From an uncultured Saprospiraceae bacterium (GTDB taxonomy: Bacteria; Bacteroidota; Bacteroidia; Chitinophagales; Saprospiraceae): a DNA stretch of 64,000 nucleotides. Shown piece after piece: positions 16,666 through 25,537 of this stretch; position 1 is the first letter of the stretch, and each line of letters opens with the position of its first letter. The position numbers and the translations under genes were made by a program. Below the pieces are notes generated by a model. It worked only from the letters and a program-made list of their open reading frames with translations, ran no database searches and had not been told where the DNA came from. The stretch lies in contig CAZVZH010000002.1 in the NCBI GenBank assembly GCA_964630705.1, forward strand, positions 3,727-67,726, in the 5' to 3' direction.

Positions 16666-17172
16666 CTAGTTCTGGTCGCGTACCCGAACGTAGGCAATGT
16701 AATCCGTTTGCGGCGGGTCGGTCAGTCCCAGTTTGCGGGCCATCGTCACCAGTTGGCCGCGGTGGTAGGTGCTGTGTTGCAGGCAGTGCAGCAGCACCTC
16801 TGCGTTGGGGGTGGTGAATAAATCGCCTTTGGTGTTGCGGTAGCGGATTTCAGCCTGAAAAAAAGCGTCGGCCGCCCGTTGGACGAAATCGGAAAAAGCG
16901 CGGCTGTTGGCCAGCAGGCCGTCCATCATTTCCTCTGCGGAGCCCGAAAAATAGGTGCTGGGAAAAACCATGGCGGGTTCGCCCTGCAAGCGGAGCAACC
17001 AGATTTGTTGTGCATCCCAGATGTGTAGCATGGTCAGCCGCAGGGAGGGGAAACTGGAGGGCGTCTCTTGTTGGAGCAGGGCGTCTGGCGCAGCCCGGAG
17101 CCAGTTGACCATTTTTTCATTGGCCCAGAGGTTGTAGCGGGCAAAATCTTTTAACAATTCAGGGAGTTGCAT
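16666..17172 (-). CDS. DinB-family (damage-inducible, four-helix-bundle) protein
   Basis: N-terminus LLKDFARYNLWANEKMVNWL and C-terminal HSTYHRGQL are typical of the DinB/YfiT-like family. Confidence 0.75.
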   Translation of the reverse strand: MQLPELLKDFARYNLWANEKMVNWLRAAPDALLQQETPSSFPSLRLTMLHIWDAQQIWLLRLQGEPAMVFPSTYFSGSAEEMMDGLLANSRAFSDFVQRAADAFFQAEIRYRNTKGDLFTTPNAEVLLHCLQHSTYHRGQLVTMARKLGLTDPPQTDYIAYVRVRDQN

Positions 17173-17190
17173 GCGAGGTGTTTTTAAACT

Positions 17191-18534
17191 TCAGATTCGC
17201 TCCAACAGGGCCATGTAAAATCCGTCGAAGCCTTCGTCTTGCGGCAAGATACGACGTTCGGCGAGCAGGCGAAATTGGGCGCCGGCCGGGCTGTTCAAAA
17301 ACGCTGCCACCTGTCCTTCGTTTTCAGAAGGCAAAATACTGCAAGTGGCGTACACCAGCCGGCCGCCGGGTTTTACGATGGGACTATAGTCGCGTAAAAT
17401 TTCCTGTTGGGTTTGCCGCAACGCTTCGATTTGTTCCGGTTGGAGTTTCCATTTGGCGTCGGGGTTGCGGCGCAGCACGCCAAGCCCGCTGCAGGGGACA
17501 TCGAGCAGGAGCCGGTCGGCGCTGCCGAACAGGCGTTTGACCACCTTGCGGTTGTCGATCGGCCGGGTTTCGATGTTGGAAACGCCGGCGCGGCGGGCGC
17601 GTTTTTTCAGCTCGTCCAGTTTCCAGCCGTGGGTATCGAGCGCGATGAGTTGGCCTTTGTTTTCCAGCAGCGCGGCCAGGTGGAGCGACTTGCCGCCGCC
17701 GCCGGCGCAGGCGTCGACCACGCGCATGCCGGGCGTGGGCGCGAGGAAAGCGGCGACGAGTTGGCTGCTGTAATCCTGGATTTCAAAAAGGCCATTTTTA
17801 AAAGCGGCCGTGCGAAAAACATTCAACCGGCGGTTCAAAACGAGCGCGTCCTGGTCGCCGTGCGGATGGCTTTCCACACCTTCCTGAGCTAGTGCATCGC
17901 GGAGCGCTTCCCGGGTGGTTTTCAGGCGGTTGGCGCGCAACACCACTTGGGCGGGCTGGTTGAGGGCCTGCAGGGTGGCATCCCATTGTTGCCCGAGTTC
18001 CTGCTGGCCGAGTTGGTCCAGCCAATCGGGGATGCTTTCGCGCAGGGCGCGGGCGGTTTGGAGCGCGGTTGCTTTGGATAAGATTTCGGCGGCGTGGAGG
18101 TCTTGGAATTCGGTCCAGCCGGGTAGGGTAGCGCTCGTTGGATCGGTTGGCGCCTCTGTTTTGTTTTTTAATTTGGACAGGGTTTGCAGCAGGTCTTTTC
18201 CGGGTTTGGATGCCGGCTCAGGTTCGGTGCGGTAGCCGGCGGAAAGGATCAGGTGGATGCCGATGATTTTCCAAAAGTCCGCTTCGGCGGAGGGTGTTTT
18301 TCCTAAAACTTCAGCGTACAGGCGGTAAAACCGGACCACTTCGTAGGTGGTTTCGGCGATAAACGCCCGGTCGCGGCTGCCCGCTTTGGGTTGGCTGCGC
18401 AGGGTGTGCTCGATCACTTTGTCGGCCTGGCGGCCTTCCAAGAAAATCGACTGGAGCGTCTGTGCGACGGTGCGGACGAGAATTGGGTGCAGTTTGCGGT
18501 CGGCGAAAGACGCCTTTTCGGGAGTAGAACGCAT
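17191..18534 (-). CDS. RsmB/NOL1/NOP2/Sun-family rRNA cytosine-C5 methyltransferase
   Basis: SAM-binding motif VVDACAGGGGKS, catalytic region LLLDVPCSGLGVLRRNPD and LVYATCSILPSENE. Start uncertain (18534 or 18591). Confidence 0.8.
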   Translation of the reverse strand: MRSTPEKASFADRKLHPILVRTVAQTLQSIFLEGRQADKVIEHTLRSQPKAGSRDRAFIAETTYEVVRFYRLYAEVLGKTPSAEADFWKIIGIHLILSAGYRTEPEPASKPGKDLLQTLSKLKNKTEAPTDPTSATLPGWTEFQDLHAAEILSKATALQTARALRESIPDWLDQLGQQELGQQWDATLQALNQPAQVVLRANRLKTTREALRDALAQEGVESHPHGDQDALVLNRRLNVFRTAAFKNGLFEIQDYSSQLVAAFLAPTPGMRVVDACAGGGGKSLHLAALLENKGQLIALDTHGWKLDELKKRARRAGVSNIETRPIDNRKVVKRLFGSADRLLLDVPCSGLGVLRRNPDAKWKLQPEQIEALRQTQQEILRDYSPIVKPGGRLVYATCSILPSENEGQVAAFLNSPAGAQFRLLAERRILPQDEGFDGFYMALLERI

Positions 18535-18599
18535 ATGAATTCGTAAAGGTAAAATATCCCCTGCGAATCGGGACGCCAGTTTCGCAGGCATACTCTAAC

Positions 18600-20372
18600 T
18601 TGCCCAGGCAAACACTTTTTCCCATGCAACTGCGCCAAGCATACCTCAAACTGAAAAGTGAAGGCCGAACTAAATTGTATGCCCTGCAACCGGGCCGGGT
18701 AAATTCTTTCGATGAAATCCACATTTCCTTCGAAGCCGAACCAGCAGCCGGCGGCACCCGCTACGCGCTGTTTTTGCACCCAAAAACCGATGTGGAATTG
18801 CTCCGCCTGGAGGTTGAATTTTCCCTTCAGCCTGATCCTGACGCGCGCTTTTTTGCCAACGGCTTCCAATCGTGGAGCGAAAGCCGGCTGCTGCCGCTCG
18901 ACGGGCAAATTCCCGGCCTGCGCTCAATCGCTCGGAAATACCTGGGCTTTTCGGGCGACGACCACATCTCGGGGATCCCACGCGGTACCGGTAATTTGCA
19001 CTCCTGGACGTATACTTATTTCCAGCAAAAAAATGAACGGGCTCTTTTTTGGGGCTCTCTGGCAGAGCACACCGGCTTTACTTTGTTCCTTTGGAATGCC
19101 GACCAGCAACTGCTGACGGTGCGCAAGGATGTCGAAGGCTTGCACTTGCAGCACTCCTTCCCGGCACTTGACTTTTGGGTAGGAGCGGGTGCTGAGTCTG
19201 AAGTGTTTGAGCGGTATTTTGAATTGCTAGCGCTGCATCAGCCGGGTTTCCGGACGCCTCAGCAAGTGCTGGAGCCGGCTTTGGGCTGGACGAGTTGGTA
19301 CCGGTATTTCAACCGGATTTCTGCTGAAATAATTTTGAAAAATGCCGAGGCCATTGCTTCCAGTGGTTTGCCTTTCCGGGAATTTCAACTTGATGACGGC
19401 TGGCAAACGGCTGTCGGCGACTGGCGGTCGGTGCGGCCTGAATTTCCGGAAGGTATGGGGGCTTTGGCAAAAAATATTAAGGCGCTGGGCTTGCGGCCGG
19501 GCTTGTGGTTGGCGCCTTTTGTAGCAGCGGCGAATTCCCGGTTGGTTCGGGAGCATCCGGACTGGTTGTTGAAAAACCAACGGGGGAACCCGCTGCGGGC
19601 AGGCTGGAATCCCCTGTGGGGCGGCTGGTATTATGCCTTGGATTTTTACCATCCGGGCGTGCAGGATTATCTCAGCGGCGTCTTTCACATTGTGTTCGAC
19701 CATTGGGGCTACGAGCTGGTCAAACTGGATTTCCTTTTTGCTGTTTGCCTGGCGGCGGCGCCGGGCAAAACCCGCGGGCAGGTAATGCGCGAGGCTATGG
19801 AGTTTTTGCGCCTGCAAACGGGTTCCAGAACGCTGCTGGCTTGCGGTGTGCCCCTGGGTGCTGCTTTTGGCGTGGCCGACATATGCCGCATCGGCGGCGA
19901 TGTGCACCTGCGCTGGGAACACCGCTTGCTGGCGGGGCTCCGGCACCGGGAGCGGGTGAGCACGCTGGCCAGTTTACGCGCTACCTTAGGCCGTTGGCAC
20001 CTGAACCGACGTGCCTTTTTGAACGATCCCGATGTGTTTATTCTGCGGTCGGAACACCAGCACCTGACCCCCATGCAGCAGCATACCTTACTGACGGTGA
20101 ACCGGTTGCTCGGCGGCGCCTGGTTTACGTCTGATCAGGTGAGCGAATATAGTCCGGAGCAGCGTAGTGAATTGGAAGAGACTTTGGAATGGGGCGGCGC
20201 TGCGGTTTCGTCGGTAGCGGAAATCGCGCCCGATGTGTTCTGTATTTGTTTTGATTATTCCGGTAAGGCCTGGGCAGCGTGGGTCAATTTGAATGCCCGG
20301 CAGGTGGAGGTAGAAAATAAAAACGGCCGGATCGGGATACAGCCGTTCGAGACTATTATTTTGAACAGTTAA
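18600..20372 (+). CDS. alpha-galactosidase / melibiase-like glycoside hydrolase (GH36/GH27 clan)
   Basis: FQLDDGWQ, GLWLAPF, YELVKLDFLF and LNDPDV motifs are typical of clan GH-D alpha-galactosidases. Start uncertain (18600 or 18624). Confidence 0.7.
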   Translation: MPRQTLFPMQLRQAYLKLKSEGRTKLYALQPGRVNSFDEIHISFEAEPAAGGTRYALFLHPKTDVELLRLEVEFSLQPDPDARFFANGFQSWSESRLLPLDGQIPGLRSIARKYLGFSGDDHISGIPRGTGNLHSWTYTYFQQKNERALFWGSLAEHTGFTLFLWNADQQLLTVRKDVEGLHLQHSFPALDFWVGAGAESEVFERYFELLALHQPGFRTPQQVLEPALGWTSWYRYFNRISAEIILKNAEAIASSGLPFREFQLDDGWQTAVGDWRSVRPEFPEGMGALAKNIKALGLRPGLWLAPFVAAANSRLVREHPDWLLKNQRGNPLRAGWNPLWGGWYYALDFYHPGVQDYLSGVFHIVFDHWGYELVKLDFLFAVCLAAAPGKTRGQVMREAMEFLRLQTGSRTLLACGVPLGAAFGVADICRIGGDVHLRWEHRLLAGLRHRERVSTLASLRATLGRWHLNRRAFLNDPDVFILRSEHQHLTPMQQHTLLTVNRLLGGAWFTSDQVSEYSPEQRSELEETLEWGGAAVSSVAEIAPDVFCICFDYSGKAWAAWVNLNARQVEVENKNGRIGIQPFETIILNS

Positions 20373-20373
20373 A

Positions 20374-20934
20374 TCAGTTCCAGCTGATATTCTCCGGCAT
20401 GTCGGAGAGGATTTCGAAAATATCGCCCTTGTTGTACATGATCTGGCGCCAGAGCCGGTTGGGTTTGAGTTTAAAAATGTAGTTGGCGTCCATCTCGCCG
20501 GGCACCCAGGAGCCGTATTCTACTTCATCTTTCAGTTGGCCCGCCGACCAGCCCGAATAGCCTACGAAAAAGCGGATATTGGACGAATCGATTTTTTGCT
20601 GGGAAACCAACATTTTCAGCTGGTCAAAATCGCCGCCCCACCACACGCCTTCGGCAATTTTTACACTGTCGTCCAGTTGGTTGCCCAGGTTATGGACGTA
20701 GTGCAGGGTGTCGGTTTGCACGGGGCCGCCATAGAAGATTTCGGCGTCGAAGGGTGGGAAGTCAGACATCAGGTCGTTGATGCCCATCTCGATATTTTTG
20801 TTCAGAATGAATCCAATCGTGCCTTCATTGTGGTGTTCGCACAGGAGTACGACCGAGCGCCTGAAGTAGGGGTCGAGCATAAAAGGTTCGGCAATCAGTA
20901 CCTGTCCGCTTCGGATCATCGTGTTTGCAGCCAT
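20374..20934 (-). CDS. YqgE/AlgH family (UPF0301) protein
   Basis: GQVLIAEPFMLDPYFRRSVVLLCEHHNEGTIGFILNK ... GGPV ... GYSGWSAGQL, the family signature. Confidence 0.85.
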   Translation of the reverse strand: MAANTMIRSGQVLIAEPFMLDPYFRRSVVLLCEHHNEGTIGFILNKNIEMGINDLMSDFPPFDAEIFYGGPVQTDTLHYVHNLGNQLDDSVKIAEGVWWGGDFDQLKMLVSQQKIDSSNIRFFVGYSGWSAGQLKDEVEYGSWVPGEMDANYIFKLKPNRLWRQIMYNKGDIFEILSDMPENISWN

Positions 20935-21049
20935 ATACTATTCCACTTTTAGTAACAGGAACGAATGTAGGGTGGAAAGGGTTGCAAATGCAAGAGCAAT
21001 GCTGGAATTGTGCCGTATTTTATCCGATTGGCCGGTTGATATCTGTGGC

Positions 21050-21931
21050 TTACAGCGTGTCGGTTGCTACGCTGCCGTCAATTTTCCGGATCATGCCGCG
21101 CAACACCGGGCTGCCGCCGCCCACTTCGACAAATTCGGTTATGCCGGCACGGACCATGTTTTGAATGGTTTGCGTCCAACGAACAGGGGCAGTGAGTTGA
21201 GCGATCAGGTTGCGGCGGATTTCTTCCGGCTCGGTGACTGCTCCGGCGTGTACATTTTGGTACACCGGGCATACCGGCTTTTGAAAAGGCGTAGCCTTAA
21301 TGGCTTCAGCCAGTTCGTCTTGCGCCGGTTGCATCAATGGCGAGTGAAATGCTCCACCAACGGCCAAGACCACCACTCGTTTGGCGCCGGCTTCCTGAAG
21401 CAGGGCAACTGCGCGTTCGATTCCTTTTATGGAGCCGGAAATGACGAGTTGCCCTGGCGTGTTGTAGTTGGCCGGCACAACAACATCATCGGTGATCGAA
21501 GCGCAAACGGCTTCTACATCGGCGTCTTCCATGCCCAGCACAGCCGCCATGGTGCTCTCCGCCAGTTCACAGGCTTTTTGCATGGCAAAAGCCCGCTGAC
21601 TAACCAACTTCAGGGCATCGGCAAAGGAAAGCGCGCCGGCAGCAGCCAGGGCTGAAAATTCGCCCAGGGAGTGCCCGGCTACGGCATCCGGCCGAAACTC
21701 AGCGCCGGCGATTTTAGCCCGGATCATGCTTTCCAGAAACACGGCCGGTTGTGTCACTTTAGTTTGGGTCAGGTCTTCTTTCGTACCGGCAAACATGAGG
21801 TCCGTGATGCGCCAACCGAGCAGGCTGTTGGCTTCTTCAAAAAGATCTTTCGCCATAGAATTGGATTCGTACAAGGCTTTTCCCATACCTTCAAATTGGG
21901 AGCCTTGACCGGGAAATACGTATGCGCGCAT
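21050..21931 (-). CDS. fabD: malonyl-CoA:ACP transacylase
   Basis: FPGQGSQ N-terminus, active-site GHSLGEFSAL, 293 aa. Confidence 0.9.
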   Translation of the reverse strand: MRAYVFPGQGSQFEGMGKALYESNSMAKDLFEEANSLLGWRITDLMFAGTKEDLTQTKVTQPAVFLESMIRAKIAGAEFRPDAVAGHSLGEFSALAAAGALSFADALKLVSQRAFAMQKACELAESTMAAVLGMEDADVEAVCASITDDVVVPANYNTPGQLVISGSIKGIERAVALLQEAGAKRVVVLAVGGAFHSPLMQPAQDELAEAIKATPFQKPVCPVYQNVHAGAVTEPEEIRRNLIAQLTAPVRWTQTIQNMVRAGITEFVEVGGGSPVLRGMIRKIDGSVATDTL

Positions 21932-21952
21932 GTTGATATCGGTTGATTTTAT

Positions 21953-22381
21953 TTACAGAAATAATTGTTGCAACGCCTGCCAAAGTCTGGTTTTCAGGGT
22001 TTTGTCCGGCTCCAGCGCGGCAAGCGTGTCGGCAAATAAAAAGGTAGCGCCGTAAAATTCTACCGGCTGGTACAGCGGGCATTGGATATTTATTCCGATT
22101 TCGAAAGGCTGAAGTCCAAAAACCAAAACATGTTCGGGTTGTTTTTCTTTCAAAACGGGTAAAACAGCAACGGCCTGCCCGTGTTCAACCGTTGCAAAGA
22201 GCGCGTCCTGTTCCAAATGAAGGCCGGCTGCGGTGAGCACTTTGTTTAAAAATGCGGGCTCATTCGTATGGCCGGCGGGGTGCCGGGCGATCACAAATAC
22301 GCGTTTGGCAAACCGGCCTTGGGCCTGTTCCAGCAATATGCGGCCGGGGATCGAGTAGACGGTATCGTTGTTTGAAAACAT
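21953..22381 (-). CDS. hypothetical protein
   Basis: ORF with coding-like composition. Start chosen at the internal ATG (MFSNNDTVYSIPG). No family recognised. Confidence 0.45.
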   Translation of the reverse strand: MFSNNDTVYSIPGRILLEQAQGRFAKRVFVIARHPAGHTNEPAFLNKVLTAAGLHLEQDALFATVEHGQAVAVLPVLKEKQPEHVLVFGLQPFEIGINIQCPLYQPVEFYGATFLFADTLAALEPDKTLKTRLWQALQQLFL

Positions 22382-22543
22382 AGTACAAAGGCTTGCAAAA
22401 ACAGCGTGTTCGCTGCAACTAGCGTGTTGTGGCACAAAAATATAAATATCCTTCGAATCCTGCCTTTGGGAATAATAATTTGGCAAACTCGGCCCTTTAA
22501 TTTTTCATTTGAAATATTATTTTTAGAATCCCCTTAGACTTTT

Positions 22544-22551
22544 TACCTTTG
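22544..22551 (+). promoter_or_regulatory. candidate Bacteroidota -7 promoter box (TAnnTTTG)
   Basis: TACCTTTG lies 46 nt upstream of the ilvE ATG at 22597. It overlaps the TTG start used by the ORF track, which argues for the downstream ATG. Confidence 0.35.
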
Positions 22552-22596
22552 CAGCGCAAAACCACCACCCATGTTCACCGTGCAAACCTTCTCAAC

Positions 22597-23718
22597 ATGG
22601 CTTTAAAATATCCAATTTCAGTTACCCGAACCAAGCAATCCCGTTTGTCCGAAGTAGACTTCGGCAACCTACCATTTGGCAAGGTCATTTCCGATCACAT
22701 GTTTATCGCCGATTTTGACGGTGAACGCTGGATAAAACCCCGTATCGAACCATTTCACAAGTTAGAAATTTCTCCGGCAAACCTGGCTCTGCACTATGGC
22801 CAAAGCATTTTCGAAGGTATGAAAGCCACGAAGCGGAATGGCGAACCGGTCCTCTTTCGGGCCGATGCGCACGCCCGCCGTTTGAATGTTTCTGCCGAGC
22901 GCATGTGCATGCCGCAGCTTCCGGAAGATCTTTTTCTGGAAGGCCTCAAAATGCTGATTGATCTCGATCGGGACTGGATTCCGGAGGAAGAAGGCCACTC
23001 GTTGTATGTTCGCCCCCTGATGTTTGCTACCGATGAATATTTTGGCGTACATGCTTCCACGACTTACCGTTTTTTGATCTTCACCGGTCCGGTTGGCCCG
23101 TACTACCCCAAACCCGTCAAACTCTGGGTGGAAGAAGTATTCACCCGCGCAGCCCAGGGCGGCGTGGGCGAGGCAAAGTGCGCCGGCAACTACGGTGCTT
23201 CCCTCCTACCAGCGCAGCGCGCCAAAAAAGCGGGCTACGACCAGGTCATGTGGATGGATTCGGTGGAGAAAAAATACGTGCAGGAAGTGGGCACCATGAA
23301 TCTGTTTTTTGTCATGGACGGCAAGGTGATCACCCCGGCGACCACCGGTACGATTTTGCGCGGTATCACCCGCGATAGTTTTGTGACTTTGCTGAAAGAT
23401 TGGGGTTATACGGTGGAAGACCGCCTGCTCAGTATTGCTGAAATTGCCGACGCCTACTGGCGCGGCACTTTGCAGGAATGTTTCGGCGCTGGCACGGCAG
23501 CGGTGGTGAGCCACGTCAGTGAAATTACCTGGCGCGACCGTAAACTGGAATTGCCCCCTGTCGACGAACAACACCGCCCGGTGGGCACCCGACTGAAAAA
23601 ACACATCAACCAGCTCCGCATGGGTGTGTTGGCGGATGAATACGATTGGTTGCAAAGTTGTGAGAATTCCGGGGTTTGGAACCTGGTTGGCGCACAGGCC
23701 GAACCCGCTACTGTTTGA
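22597..23718 (+). CDS. ilvE: branched-chain amino acid aminotransferase
   Basis: LHYGQSIFEGMKA, YVRPL, GEAKCAGNY and GITR motifs of class IV aminotransferases, about 373 aa. Confidence 0.85.
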   Translation: MALKYPISVTRTKQSRLSEVDFGNLPFGKVISDHMFIADFDGERWIKPRIEPFHKLEISPANLALHYGQSIFEGMKATKRNGEPVLFRADAHARRLNVSAERMCMPQLPEDLFLEGLKMLIDLDRDWIPEEEGHSLYVRPLMFATDEYFGVHASTTYRFLIFTGPVGPYYPKPVKLWVEEVFTRAAQGGVGEAKCAGNYGASLLPAQRAKKAGYDQVMWMDSVEKKYVQEVGTMNLFFVMDGKVITPATTGTILRGITRDSFVTLLKDWGYTVEDRLLSIAEIADAYWRGTLQECFGAGTAAVVSHVSEITWRDRKLELPPVDEQHRPVGTRLKKHINQLRMGVLADEYDWLQSCENSGVWNLVGAQAEPATV

Positions 23719-23759
23719 TTAGAAACCTGTGTTTTTTAAACACCCGATATAACATCTGA

Positions 23760-23791
23760 GGCGCCGGAGTTGATCCGGCGTCTTTTTTTTT
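23760..23791 (+). terminator. rho-independent terminator after ilvE
   Basis: Stem GGCGCCGGA/TCCGGCGTC (one G-U pair), 5-nt loop, followed by T9. Confidence 0.7.
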
Positions 23792-23809
23792 ATTCAAAAA
23801 ACATAACCA

Positions 23810-24136
23810 ATGGAACTGCTTGCACAAACGCCGCCGCCGCCTTATTTCGCTGTAATTTTTAGTTCTGTTCGGACCGAAGGAGATGCCGCCGGATATGCCG
23901 ATACCGCCGAACGCATGGTAGAACTGGCTGCGGAGCAACCAGGGTTCCTGGGCGTTGAATCCGCGCGAAACGCTATCGGAATCACGGTTTCGTATTGGGA
24001 AGACCTCGAGTCGATCCGAAACTGGAAAAATCAGGCGGACCACCTCCTGGCCCAACAGCTCGGCCGCGAGCGTTGGTACCGCCAATACCAAACCCGGATT
24101 TGCCGGGTAGAACGGGACTACGGCTTTGGACGGTAG
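23810..24136 (+). CDS. antibiotic biosynthesis monooxygenase (ABM) family protein
   Basis: 108 aa. YFAVIFSS...GFLGVES...ITVSYWEDLESIRNWK is the typical ABM ferredoxin-like fold signature. Confidence 0.7.
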   Translation: MELLAQTPPPPYFAVIFSSVRTEGDAAGYADTAERMVELAAEQPGFLGVESARNAIGITVSYWEDLESIRNWKNQADHLLAQQLGRERWYRQYQTRICRVERDYGFGR

Positions 24137-24138
24137 CG

Positions 24139-24438
24139 CTAAAACAGATAAACGCCAAAGCGGAACAGCCAAATAAAGGCGAGTATTGCCGTGGCAATCA
24201 CCACGCCGCGCATCGACAAATCCCAACGTCTGCGACGGTAAATATTGAGCGGAATCAGATTGAGCGCCAAAGCGACAATGGCCAGGGTGCGTTCCCTGAA
24301 ATTGGCCGAAAAGCCTTCCCCGCTGGCGGCGCCGCGCGCTTCGAGCAAGCCGAATAAATTGTACAGCAGGAGATACCCTATGGCTGGCAACAAGAGACCG
24401 AACAGCAGGCCTGCCCAAAGTTCATTTCGGTTCAACAT
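24139..24438 (-). CDS. small hypothetical membrane protein (3 TM)
   Basis: Start taken at the internal ATG (MLNRNELWAGLLFGLLLPAIGYLLLY) so it does not overlap surE. Hydrophobic throughout. Confidence 0.5.
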   Translation of the reverse strand: MLNRNELWAGLLFGLLLPAIGYLLLYNLFGLLEARGAASGEGFSANFRERTLAIVALALNLIPLNIYRRRRWDLSMRGVVIATAILAFIWLFRFGVYLF

Positions 24439-24448
24439 AGTTTTAGAT

Positions 24449-25243
24449 TCAAGTGTGAGTGGGATGATGAGAAGCCAGGTTTTGCAGCGAGTGCCTGGCC
24501 TCGAAGGCGGTGTAATCCGTAAGATCATGCATCGAAGGCACAACGGAGATATAGCCGTTTTCGAGCGCCCAAATGTCGGTGTCATCGCTGGGGTCGTCGT
24601 TTACGAATTTTCCGGTAAGCCAGTAGTAGGGTTGGTTGTTCGGGTCGCGTCCTTCCATAAACTCCTCTACCCAGCGGGCATTGGCCTGCCGGCAAATCCG
24701 GATGCCCTGAATATCCGTTTCCGGGAGTTTAGGAATGTTGACGTTCAGGAGTTTGCCTGCGGCGAAATTATTTTCCAGGGCGAAGGCAATGATTTTCCTG
24801 ATCCAAGTTTTTCCGGGTTCAAAATCGGCTTCGAAACTGTAATCCAGGAGCGAAAAGCCGATGCTTTTGATGCCTTCCAGCGAGGCCTCCATGGCAGCGG
24901 AAAGGGTGCCGGAGTACAAAATATTGATCGAGGCATTGCTGCCGTGGTTGATGCCGGAAACACAAAGGTCGATCTGGCGATCTTTCAACACGATGTGCTT
25001 GGCCAGCTTCACACAATCGACTGGCGTGCCGGAACATTCCCAGGCTTCTACGCCGGAAAAAACCTGAACGTGCTTGAGACGCAGGGGGTCGTGCATAGTG
25101 ATCGCATGCCCTTTTCCGCTTTGCGGCGAGTCGGGCGCCACCACGACCACTTCGCCAAATTCACGCGCAATTTCTACCAGTGCCCGAATGCCTGGCGCAA
25201 CGATCCCGTCGTCGTTGGTTACTAAAATCAATGGCTTTGACAT
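24449..25243 (-). CDS. surE: 5'/3'-nucleotidase SurE
   Basis: ILVTNDDGI and SGINHGSN motifs. Start moved to MSKPLILVTNDDG. Confidence 0.9.
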   Translation of the reverse strand: MSKPLILVTNDDGIVAPGIRALVEIAREFGEVVVVAPDSPQSGKGHAITMHDPLRLKHVQVFSGVEAWECSGTPVDCVKLAKHIVLKDRQIDLCVSGINHGSNASINILYSGTLSAAMEASLEGIKSIGFSLLDYSFEADFEPGKTWIRKIIAFALENNFAAGKLLNVNIPKLPETDIQGIRICRQANARWVEEFMEGRDPNNQPYYWLTGKFVNDDPSDDTDIWALENGYISVVPSMHDLTDYTAFEARHSLQNLASHHPTHT

Positions 25244-25537
25244 ACGACAAAGGTAAGCCGGCGGGTTGTATCGGCGACCAGGGCCGGCGTATTTCACGGC
25301 AAATTAAATTCGGATGCTCAAAGCCGGGCTTTCAAAGGCTGTATTTCGATACAAATTGCGTTATTCTGCCGCCAGGCTCCGGCAAATCCTTTGTTTTTTT
25401 GCGCACAGTTTGAAATCTTGTCCTGTCGGTGAAAAGGATTTTTAAATAATTTGCCTTAATCTTGCAGTAACAATCCCGAATTCAAAACAAAAAATACAAT
25501 TTTCCAACCTACCCGATTTTTCAATAAACAGCCACGT

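Noticed and set aside
13729-16821. Long antisense ORFs over sbcC and sbcD (13729-14733 +, 14870-15469 +, 15790-16821 +).
   Set aside because: They are antisense to genes with complete Walker, zinc-hook and phosphoesterase motifs. Their translations are low-complexity with no motifs.
23708-24418. 236-aa minus-strand ORF spanning the ABM gene and the small membrane gene.
   Set aside because: It overlaps two better-supported genes and a terminator. The product is Arg/Pro-rich without motifs.
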